NCBI GenBank assembly: GCA_965238225.1
Contig: OZ250183.1
Coordinates: 800,001-864,000, forward strand
Direction of reading: 5' to 3'
From: Gammaproteobacteria bacterium
GTDB lineage: Bacteria; Pseudomonadota; Gammaproteobacteria; Eutrophobiales; Eutrophobiaceae
Length of the DNA: 64,000 bases
Shown here: piece after piece, positions 55,467-64,000 of the stretch
Layout: each line of letters opens with the position of its first letter
Position numbering within the stretch: position 1 is the stretch's first letter
Translations under genes and position numbers: made by a program
Notes under the pieces: model-generated
Told to the model about the DNA's origin: nothing
The model's database searches: none
Seen by the model: only the letters and a program-made list of their open reading frames with translations

Positions 55467-56125
55467 AAATCGATCTACAAGGTATAGGTATGACCTCTCA
55501 GAGAACACGCTTCAAACTTATTACCAAGCTTAGAGAAATGGGCATTGTTTCTGAAGATATATTGTCTGTGATTATGAACACACCCAGACACATATTTGTA
55601 GATGAAGCACTGGCCAGCAGGGCTTATGAAAATATTGCATTGCCTATAGGTTATAATCAGACAATTTCTCAACCCTATATCGTCGCAAGAATGATTGAAG
55701 TTCTTTTGTCCGCAGGGGGTATTAAAAATGTCCTAGAGGTAGGTACAGGTTGCGGTTATCAGACCGCCATCCTGGCGCAATTGGTGCGCCGTGTTTACAG
55801 TATTGAGCGGATTGATGCTTTGCTGAAAAAGGCACGCCAGAAATTACATTTGCTTCAATGCAGTCATGTCCGGGTAAAATATGGTGATGGCAATATGGGC
55901 TGGCCTCAGTATGCACCATTTGACGGCATTATCGTTTCTGCAGCACCGACGGGAGTCCCTGAAATTTTACCGGAACAATTAGCTATGAATGGCCGTATGG
56001 TCATACCTGTTGGTTCGCTTGGTAAGCAGCAGTTATTGTTAATTACTCGAAGAGAAACTGGTTTTGAAGAAGAGCGTCTCGACATGGTGAGTTTTGTGCC
56101 CATGTTGGAGGGCATTATTGGTTGA
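55463..56125 (+). CDS. pcm: Protein-L-isoaspartate O-methyltransferase
   Basis: [26 protein letters not shown]. Confidence 0.97.
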   Translation: MKIDLQGIGMTSQRTRFKLITKLREMGIVSEDILSVIMNTPRHIFVDEALASRAYENIALPIGYNQTISQPYIVARMIEVLLSAGGIKNVLEVGTGCGYQTAILAQLVRRVYSIERIDALLKKARQKLHLLQCSHVRVKYGDGNMGWPQYAPFDGIIVSAAPTGVPEILPEQLAMNGRMVIPVGSLGKQQLLLITRRETGFEEERLDMVSFVPMLEGIIG

Positions 56126-56163
56126 GGAAACCTGACTCAGACAACATTATCGGGAAAAAATCA

Positions 56164-57012
56164 ATGAAGAATGAAAAACAACGACACCGTATTTTGTTGT
56201 TTACGTGCTTGTTTGTGCACGTTTTTATTAGTCAGTTCATTTCCTCATGCAGTACGCATAATATGGCTCCTGTCTCCAGTTATGACAGTAAAGAGGAAGA
56301 AGGGTTTGAATCCACCGCCAAAAACATACCCGCCAAGTTACAATCTGCACTCGTAAAAAAACAAACCCATCAAAAAGTGCAAAGTGGTGATACGCTTTAC
56401 TCCATAGCATGGAATTATCATTTGGATTATAAAGAAATCGCTCGTTGGAATAAGATCAAAACACCTTATGTTATTTACCCGGGCCAGGTGGTTCGCTTAA
56501 TTGCCCCTTTGACAGAGGAAGCCGTAGTTAAAAAAACAGTTCCAGAAAATACAAAAACTACAGAGAAAAAACCCTCAGAACAAAACCCTGAAGCTACTAA
56601 AAAAATAAGCAAAAAAAATGAATCGGTTAAATATGTTAGGAATATAAATTGGCAATGGCCAACAAAAGGGAAATTGATTAAATCTAACTCGCCTATTTCA
56701 AAAAAAGGCATAGATATTGCGGGCAAAGAAGGACAGCTTGTCAAAGCATCAGGCGCTGGAGTCGTTGTGTATAGTGGTAGCGGCCTTCCAGGCTATGGAA
56801 AACTCATCATTATAAAACACAATGAAGCTTATCTGAGTGCTTATGCGCACAACAGTGTACTGATGGTGAAAGAAGGAGACAGTATTTCAAGCGGGCAGAA
56901 AATCGCAAAAATGGGACAGGATAATAATGGGCAACCACTCCTTCATTTTGAGATCCGAAAAAATGGAACTTCGGTCGCACCTACTAGATACCTACCCAAA
57001 TCCAAAACTTGA
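56164..57012 (+). CDS. nlpD: Lipoprotein NlpD (LysM plus M23)
   Basis: SSC lipobox, GDTLYSIAW, WQWP, KGIDI, YAHN, LHFEIR. Confidence 0.93.
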   Translation: MKNEKQRHRILLFTCLFVHVFISQFISSCSTHNMAPVSSYDSKEEEGFESTAKNIPAKLQSALVKKQTHQKVQSGDTLYSIAWNYHLDYKEIARWNKIKTPYVIYPGQVVRLIAPLTEEAVVKKTVPENTKTTEKKPSEQNPEATKKISKKNESVKYVRNINWQWPTKGKLIKSNSPISKKGIDIAGKEGQLVKASGAGVVVYSGSGLPGYGKLIIIKHNEAYLSAYAHNSVLMVKEGDSISSGQKIAKMGQDNNGQPLLHFEIRKNGTSVAPTRYLPKSKT

Positions 57013-57217
57013 GCGTTTCGGCTAAAACACTATAAAAATGCCACGATAATTAAGTAAAATAATCCTGAAAAAAAGAAAATTTTAAAGAGTATGTCTTATA
57101 AGATATACGCATACGAATTGAAACAACTTAAACATCCAAGACAGATATTTAAGCTAGATATTAGAATAAGGAAGTCTTGTACCAGACACTTTGCATGTGC
57201 AAGCTTGGCATAAGTAT

Positions 57218-57595
57218 TTATTCGATCATCAGTAAAGCTGCGGCAATATTGCGACCTTCTTGCAGTAAAATATTATAACTACGGCATGCAGCCCCAGTAT
57301 CCATGGCTTCAAATCCAATGTTCAGCTTGGCAGTGCTTAAAAGAAGTTCCGTATCAGGGAAATGCTGTTTATGACCTGTACCTAAAAGGATTAATTCAGG
57401 CTGCATTTCCAGAATTTGCTCTAAATGATGCGATGCAATATCTGCAAATATTTGAGGCGGCCAATTGTCAATGATGATTGACGGTGTAATGATTAAACTG
57501 GAAGTGAATTGTTTACTGCCTACCACAATCAAGTTTTGTTCATACGAATTGATTCGGCAGGGGTGAGTTAATGTGTCGTCTAGTTCAATTTTCAT
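57218..57595 (-). CDS. Mth938-like (DUF498) protein
   Basis: PELILLGTG, MDTGAACRSYNILLQEGR; start set at MKIELD. Confidence 0.9.
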   Translation of the reverse strand: MKIELDDTLTHPCRINSYEQNLIVVGSKQFTSSLIITPSIIIDNWPPQIFADIASHHLEQILEMQPELILLGTGHKQHFPDTELLLSTAKLNIGFEAMDTGAACRSYNILLQEGRNIAAALLMIE

Positions 57596-57675
57596 GAAAG
57601 ATTTATTTAATGAATACATTAGGTTTCTAACTATTGATAAATTAACGAAGTATATATAAAGGAAAATATAAAGTA

Positions 57676-58329
57676 ATGAAATTAATTTTACTTGGCCCGC
57701 CAGGTGCTGGAAAAGGTACGCAGGCGAGAATGATATGTGAAAAATATGGGATACCACAGATTTCTACAGGAGATATATTAAGGGCTGCCGTTGGCGCCAA
57801 AACGCTTCTTGGAATTGAAGCAAAAAAAGTAATGGATGCAGGAGAATTGGTCTCGGATGAGCTAATTTTACAGTTGGTTCAGGATTATATTTCTGAAAGT
57901 GATTGCATTGCGGGTTATTTGTTTGATGGGTTTCCAAGAACGATAGCGCAGGCAGAAGGAATGAAAAAAATGGGGATTGATGTCGATTTTGTCTTAGAAT
58001 TGCAGGTAGATGATGATGAGATCATTGAACGTATGAGCGGAAGGCGCATTCATCCTGCATCAGGTCGCGTTTATCATGTGAAATTTAACCCCCCCAAAAC
58101 AGAAAATCAGGATAACGAAACAGGCGAAGCATTAATTCAGCGTGATGATGATGCAGAACATATTGTGCGTAAACGTCTTGATATTTATCATCAACAAACA
58201 GCACCGTTAATAGATTATTACTCATCAAGTGAAGATGAAAGCTTAGAAACATATCCAGTCTATATTAAAACTAATGGATCTGGGCAAATGAAAGAGATAA
58301 GTGAGACTATTTTTAGATTGTTAGTTTAA
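57676..58329 (+). CDS. adk: Adenylate kinase
   Basis: [31 protein letters not shown]. Confidence 0.98.
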   Translation: MKLILLGPPGAGKGTQARMICEKYGIPQISTGDILRAAVGAKTLLGIEAKKVMDAGELVSDELILQLVQDYISESDCIAGYLFDGFPRTIAQAEGMKKMGIDVDFVLELQVDDDEIIERMSGRRIHPASGRVYHVKFNPPKTENQDNETGEALIQRDDDAEHIVRKRLDIYHQQTAPLIDYYSSSEDESLETYPVYIKTNGSGQMKEISETIFRLLV

Positions 58330-58524
58330 TATTTTTTTTGTTGTTTTTATCATACTATTTTTATATTAAAATATAGTTGCCATTAAGAATAAATAAAAAA
58401 ATGTTAAAATATTGTAGAAATTATTAAAAACATAACTATAATGGCGGCGTGTTTTTTTATTTAGTGTTGTATTGTAAGTTGAATTTTGTTTAATCAATTA
58501 AAGATTCTAGAGGAGTCTAAAATT

Positions 58525-58773
58525 ATGGCAGCAAAAAAGAAGACAAAAAGACGTGCAGCAAAAAAGAAGACAAAAAGACGTGCAGCAAAAAAGAAGACAA
58601 AAAGACGTGCAGCAAAAAAGAAGACAAAAGTAGCCAAGAAGAAGGCTAGCCAAAAGAAAGTAGCCAAGAAGAAAGCTAAAAAGAAAGCTAAGAAGAAAGT
58701 AGCTAAGAAAAAAGCTAAGAAGAAGGCTAAGAAGAAGGCTAAGAAGAAGGCTAGAAGAAAAGGAAGAAGATAG
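58525..58773 (+). CDS. Histone H1-like basic DNA-binding protein (82 aa)
   Basis: GAGGAG RBS; 53 of 82 residues are K/R with no acidic residue; 27-bp repeat x3 encoding AAKKKTKRR. Confidence 0.85.
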   Translation: MAAKKKTKRRAAKKKTKRRAAKKKTKRRAAKKKTKVAKKKASQKKVAKKKAKKKAKKKVAKKKAKKKAKKKAKKKARRKGRR

Positions 58774-58926
58774 CAAACCAGTTTTAGCACTGGCGCAGAC
58801 AAGATAGAAAATATCGTTCTGCAGATGTATTCGTGACCAAAGTAAGATAAGGAATATCGGCGCAAAATAGCCAGAAGATTGGCTAAATTGTAGACCCAAG
58901 CTTCAAGAACAGTTCCTCTGGAAGAT

Positions 58927-58955
58927 AAAGACCCCTGAAAATGGGGTCTTTTTTT
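58927..58955 (+). terminator. Intrinsic terminator
   Basis: AAAGACCCC-TGAAAAT-GGGGTCTTT plus T-run. Confidence 0.85.
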
Positions 58956-59230
58956 ATTAAAGCATAAATAGGTTTGTGTCACTTGAGTGTTTTCTGCCAG
59001 CTTGGCATTGGCTTGCCGTGCCTTTAGTAAGTCACAGGAAAATAAAGTCAGTCTAGAGAAAAACTTAGAGAAAAATACTAAGCCAAGCATTGACTCAATG
59101 AGATGTTTACTTGAAGCTTGCTTAGCCTAAGCAAGCTGGATATAGGCCGCTTTCTTGAGGGGGAATAAATATTTCTTTGTAACTGTTTTGCTTAAATATA
59201 ATCCATTAAGCGTTCTTTACATTATAATTC

Positions 59231-60275
59231 TCATATAGCGCAAACTTGATTACGATCTTCGCGTTTACTCTTATAAAGTGCTTTATCTGCTATGGCGATC
59301 GTATTTTATTATGCTCTGGATAACTGCAATACCGATACTCACGGTAGTCATGGTCAAATTATCCACCATATGAAAAGAAGCATTTTCTATTATTCTTCTT
59401 ATTTTCTCTCTGGTATCTTTGGCTTGTTGCTTGTTTGTTTCAGGCAATAGAAAAATAAGCTCGTTACCACCATACCTTGCTGGAGAGTCTGTTTTGCGTA
59501 AGCGATTGCCTTTGCCAAGGCTGCAGTCAATTTATCATCTGCTGCGTGATCGTACCATCGTTAACCAGTTTTAATCCATCAGCATCAATCATCAAAATAG
59601 AATAGGTGTTATTACGTCCGGTTGATCTGTTATGTCCGCTTGTCATGATGCTGTCAAAAGATCTACGATTCATCAAACCAGTCATTTCATCTACCTCTGA
59701 TAGATGTTTAAACATTTTTTTGCTAATTGTAAATTTGAAGAAAGCATAGTAGTCAGATAAGCTACGATCAGATAAGGGGATAATATTGTCATTATACGAC
59801 CAAAATGCTCCAGCATCGGTAGCGAATCATCCTGCAGCATTGGCAGACCCATAAAAATACACAAGATAGAGATTAAGCCAAACGTTAATAATGCCGTTAA
59901 TTTTTCTAGAGTATGCCGCTTGTGATAATAATTAGAAGATATAGGCTTATTAAGAGGACTGTTTATTCCATCTGTATGTCATAGCGCGAATGCGGTATAG
60001 AAAATCATGATCCATACTTCTGCGATCAGTTTCCAATGTATCCGTTCTTTATAAGAATTTAGATAACGGAATACAGGCATATATATCGCAAAATTAAGGG
60101 AGTATTTCAGAATAATCCATTGGTGTTTAATATGGATACAGGAATTTTTGCATAAAATAAAATGGTAACCAGTAATAACCATTCTAGTTCTGAAAACCTG
60201 CGTAAAACCTATTTCAGATAAACTGGATCGGCTCCCACTTACTCATCAGGTATAAGTTTGTCGAATATTCTTCAT
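59231..60275 (-). pseudogene. Membrane-bound diguanylate cyclase pseudogene
   Basis: Fragments DEMTGLMNRR, MIDADGLKLVND, ARYGGNEL, TVSIGIA, ADKALYKSK spread over several frames with stops. Confidence 0.85.
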
Positions 60276-60305
60276 GTATTGTGGAAGTTGTAAAATTCAG
60301 CATGA

Positions 60306-61127
60306 TTAAATATTACGCAATAATTCATTTACCTCTACCTTGCCACGTGTTTTTTCATCTACTTGTTTAACGATGACTGCGCAATAGAGACTATGAGTCC
60401 CATCTTTGGAAGGTAAACTACCTGAAACAACAACAGAGCCTGGCGGAATATAACCATAGCTTATCTCACCTGTTTCACGATTAAAAATACGAGTGCTTTG
60501 ACCGATGTATACGCCCATAGAGATAACAACGCCATCGTCAACAATTACACCTTCCACTATTTCTGAACGTGCACCTATAAAGCAGTTATCGCCAATAATA
60601 GTTGGATTGGCTTGCAAGGGTTCGAGAACACCGCCAATACCTACACCACCAGACAGGTGAACATTTTTTCCGATTTGAGCACAGGAACCAACAGTAGTCC
60701 ATGTGTCTACCATGCTACCTGCGTCCACATAAGCGCCGATATTTACATAACATGGCATCATAACAACATCAGGCGCGATATAACTACCACGACGGGCATT
60801 TGCTGGAGGTACAATACGTGCGCCAATTTTCTCAAAATCGCCTTTGTCCATATTTTTGAATTTTAATGGAACCTTATCGTAGTATTTTGTAAATCCACCA
60901 TCAATGACTTTGTTTTCTTCAATCAAGAAAGAAAGCAGTACAGCTTTTTTTAGCCATTGATTCACCGTCCATTCGCCTTCTTCTTTTTCAGCAACACGCA
61001 TGCTTCCATCATCTAATCTGGAAATTATTTCATGAACAGCACTTTTTAATTCCTGACTGGCGGATGCTGGTGTTATATTAGAGCGGTTTTCAAAATGTTC
61101 ATTAACGATGTTTTCAATATTATTCAT
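60306..61127 (-). CDS. dapD: Tetrahydrodipicolinate N-succinyltransferase
   Basis: [37 protein letters not shown]. Confidence 0.97.
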   Translation of the reverse strand: MNNIENIVNEHFENRSNITPASASQELKSAVHEIISRLDDGSMRVAEKEEGEWTVNQWLKKAVLLSFLIEENKVIDGGFTKYYDKVPLKFKNMDKGDFEKIGARIVPPANARRGSYIAPDVVMMPCYVNIGAYVDAGSMVDTWTTVGSCAQIGKNVHLSGGVGIGGVLEPLQANPTIIGDNCFIGARSEIVEGVIVDDGVVISMGVYIGQSTRIFNRETGEISYGYIPPGSVVVSGSLPSKDGTHSLYCAVIVKQVDEKTRGKVEVNELLRNI

Positions 61128-61200
61128 GTTTTTCAAGTTCTCTAAATCTTAGTTTTCTAATTAAATATTTCTTTTGGTAAATTATTGGCAAATATTCTGG

Positions 61201-62426
61201 CTAAATTGTCTTGATATAGTCACATATTCTTTCGGCTGCCTCAATGTATTGTTCTGTTTCAGCGACAAGCGCGATATGTATTCTATTTTCATCAAGATTA
61301 CCAGTGGTCATGCTACGTGACAGGAAATTTTCAGGCAACACAGTTATGTTATTGTTTGTAATATAGTCTTGGCTGAAAACTCAATATCAGAGATGAGTGT
61401 CTCCAGTCAGAGGTAAAAGCTGGCATCTGGTTTCGTGATACTTATTACTGATTTGAGTATGTCTAATACAGTATCAAACTTTTGCCGATACACGCCTGTT
61501 AGCTTAAACATGTTTTTCATCTTGCTATGCAACAATGCTTGCCATTTGCGTATAAAGCGGTATGGAGCAACCATGGTAAGTTACGGTAACGAAAAAAACT
61601 TGTATGAGTTCAGCATTACATGCGACAAAATCGGATCACATTCCTAGGACATTTGATCGCTTTGAATGGCTATGAAAAATGCAATGTTTACAATCGTTTC
61701 GTCCAAGATTTTCTGCGGTCTGTCACAACTCAATGGGAGGGGATGTTTCGTCGAAATAGATTTCTGAATAACATTCGTCAGCAGCAATAATAAACTCATG
61801 TTTGTCTGCCAAATTTAGCAATTTCTCTATGACATTCTGATTTAGGACTGCACCAGTTTGGTTACTTGGAGAACATAGGTAAATAAGCTGACATCGTTGT
61901 CAGATATTGTCAGGCACAGCATCAAAGTCAGGAAGAAATTTATTGTTTTTGACACAATTCATGTGGTAAGGCTCTGCTGAGGCTAAAAATGCTGCACCTT
62001 CATATATTTGATATGAACGGATTGGGAAGTATGATAATAGGCGCATCATTGATTTTTTGTATATTTGTGATGAGTATCTAATGACACATTGGATAAAGGC
62101 AAGCGGTATTTCTCGTGTACCATTGACTGGCAAGACATTTTGTTCGGCAGTGATACTATTTTTAGGCAAGCCGAATCTTTTGACTAACCAAATTGCGATG
62201 GCTTGTCTTAACTCATAGATACCTCGCGTTGTTGGGTAAGACGCTGCTTTGGGGGGATTTGTTTATGTAGTTTATCCAAAATAAATTTTGGGGTGATATG
62301 CTTGGGTTCGCCGATAGATAGATCAATCATGTGTCTTACTCTGCGATAACAGACGCTTCTTGTTTGCTTGAGTTCTGCAAGCCTCTCAAAGGGGTATGGG
62401 TGTAATTTTTCAAGTCCAAGATTCAC
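61201..62426 (-). pseudogene. dapC: N-succinyl-DAP aminotransferase pseudogene
   Basis: PYPFERL, LSIGEPKH, VLPVNGTRE, YQIYEGAA, CSPSN, DECYSEIY, FHS.SKRSNV, IALVA...EAAERI across multiple frameshifts; upstream of dapD. Confidence 0.9.
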
Positions 62427-62667
62427 AAAAGGTTAAGAGTTTATTGTTTAGCATACAGAAAAAAATGTGTAGTCATAGGCTATATGCCGACTAAAAATAA
62501 TTCAACACTGCTATCACTAATTAATTGTCTGATTATTGTCGCCCTGCACCACTCTACGGATGAACAATCCAGCAACTTGATGTATCCTTTGTCACCCTTT
62601 GTTGTGCTGTGTTATGACAGTATGCTGATAAGACATAATATTTAATAAATTTTAAGACATTAGTGTT

Positions 62668-63741
62668 ATGAGTAAAAATATATTAATTCTCCCTGGAGAC
62701 GGGATCGGTCCAGAAATTGTCATGGAGGCGGAAAAAGTGTTGCATGCATTATCGAAGCAGTATGGTCTCCAGATAAGCATCAAACAAGGTTTAATCGGTG
62801 GCAGTGCCATTGATGAGACGGGCGTACCATTGCCTGAGGCAACCCTCGCATTAGGGAAGCAATCTGACGCAATTTTACTGGGTGCTGTTGGTGGATCAAA
62901 ATGGGACAAGATTGAATGCTCTTTAAAACCGGAAAGAGGTCTTTTGGCCATTCGTGCTGGCCTTGGTCTGTACGCCAATCTAAGACCCGCCATATTATAT
63001 GAGGAGTTAAGAAATGCTTCTTCTTTAAAACCGGAGGTAATTGACGGGCTGGATATCATGATTGTGCGTGAGTTGACAGGCGGCATCTATTTTGGACAAC
63101 CGCGCGGAATTAGAACCTTAGAGAATGGGCAGCGTGAAGGTTTCAACACACTCGTTTATAAGGAAATGGAGATAGAAAGAATTGCGCATACTGCATTTGA
63201 TGTAGCCATGAAGAGAAATAAAAAAGTGTGTTCAGTAGATAAGGCAAATGTCTTGGAAGCGACTAAACTCTGGCGTGAAGTTATATCCTGCATGTCAAAG
63301 GATTATCCAGAGGTTAGTCTGGAACATATGTACGTGGATAATGCAGCCATGCAATTGGTTAGAGACCCTAGGCAATTCGACGTTATTGTCACCACAAATA
63401 TGTTTGGCGATATTTTATCTGATTTAGCTTCAATGCTTACGGGGTCAATTGGGATGTTACCTTCAGCCTCGTTGAATGCTGAAGGTCGAGGTATATATGA
63501 GCCTATTCATGGCTCTGCGCCTGACATTTCCGGACAAAATATTGCCAATCCTCTGGCAACAATAATGTCCTTAGCCATGATGTTAAGGTATTCCTTGGCA
63601 GAGACAACACAAGCTTGCCGAGTAGAACGGGCGGTACAAAAGGTATTAGAAAATGGTTTGAGGACAGCTGATATATTTTCTGAAGGTATGGTAAAGGTAT
63701 CTACCAGTGAAATGGGCGATGCTATTGTCGCGGTACTTTAA
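62668..63741 (+). CDS. leuB: 3-isopropylmalate dehydrogenase
   Basis: [44 protein letters not shown]. Confidence 0.98.
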   Translation: MSKNILILPGDGIGPEIVMEAEKVLHALSKQYGLQISIKQGLIGGSAIDETGVPLPEATLALGKQSDAILLGAVGGSKWDKIECSLKPERGLLAIRAGLGLYANLRPAILYEELRNASSLKPEVIDGLDIMIVRELTGGIYFGQPRGIRTLENGQREGFNTLVYKEMEIERIAHTAFDVAMKRNKKVCSVDKANVLEATKLWREVISCMSKDYPEVSLEHMYVDNAAMQLVRDPRQFDVIVTTNMFGDILSDLASMLTGSIGMLPSASLNAEGRGIYEPIHGSAPDISGQNIANPLATIMSLAMMLRYSLAETTQACRVERAVQKVLENGLRTADIFSEGMVKVSTSEMGDAIVAVL

Positions 63742-63788
63742 TTAATACGATTTGAGTCTTTAGATCTTCAGGTAATGGAGTTTTTTTA

Positions 63789-64000
63789 ATGAGTAAAAAA
63801 TTTAATATTGCGGTTGCTGGTGCCACCGGTGTTGTTGGTGAAACCATACTGACTATTCTGCAAGAACGTAATTTTCCTGCGGAAAATATCGTTGCGCTTG
63901 CCAGTAGTCGTTCCGCTGGTGCAACTATTAGGTGTAATGGCAAGACTATTGTTGTTGAAGATATAGAAAAATTTGATTTTAAAGGTATTGATATTGGTCT
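63789..64000 (+). CDS. asd: Aspartate-semialdehyde dehydrogenase (5' part; truncated by the window edge)
   Basis: MSKKFNIAVAGATGVVG...RNFP...LASSRSAG; follows leuB. Confidence 0.93.
   Translation, partial: MSKKFNIAVAGATGVVGETILTILQERNFPAENIVALASSRSAGATIRCNGKTIVVEDIEKFDFKGIDIG

Noticed and set aside
58494-59090. 198-aa and 130-aa hydrophobic minus-strand ORFs
   Set aside because: Antisense of the poly-Lys gene (AAA/AAG read as Phe/Leu).

Overview
AT-rich gammaproteobacterial chromosome segment, judged from the 16S/23S sequence and gene order. Bases 1-14.8 kb hold a tandem array of three minus-strand RTX (Ca-binding nonapeptide) genes made only of repeats and HCBP-type spacer domains. Each has a copy of the same upstream block. 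The middle gene is frameshifted by an 8-bp duplication and the leftmost runs off the window. The rest is mostly housekeeping: plsY, folB, cca, uppP, hemH, rho, trxA, rhlB, lptM-lysA, cysDN(C), apt, aas, mltD, rnhA, dnaQ, grxD, argD-argF-surE-pcm-nlpD, adk, dapD, leuB, asd. The most unusual feature is the rRNA locus. Its 2.6-kb 16S-23S spacer reads 16S - unknown 112-aa ORF - tRNA-Ile - intact lipid A acyltransferase (lpxL-like) - second rRNA-type promoter - tRNA-Ala - 23S - 5S. Also present are an integron-cassette relic (RDD gene, attC, decayed mazEF) inside an uncharacterised glycosyltransferase/nucleosidase/SPL-like radical SAM cluster, a K/R-rich histone H1-like gene, and many eroded genes (folK stub, lpxO, IS3 end, split cysNC, GGDEF, dapC) suggesting ongoing genome reduction. 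All calls come from reading the sequence and recalled family motifs; no searches were run.
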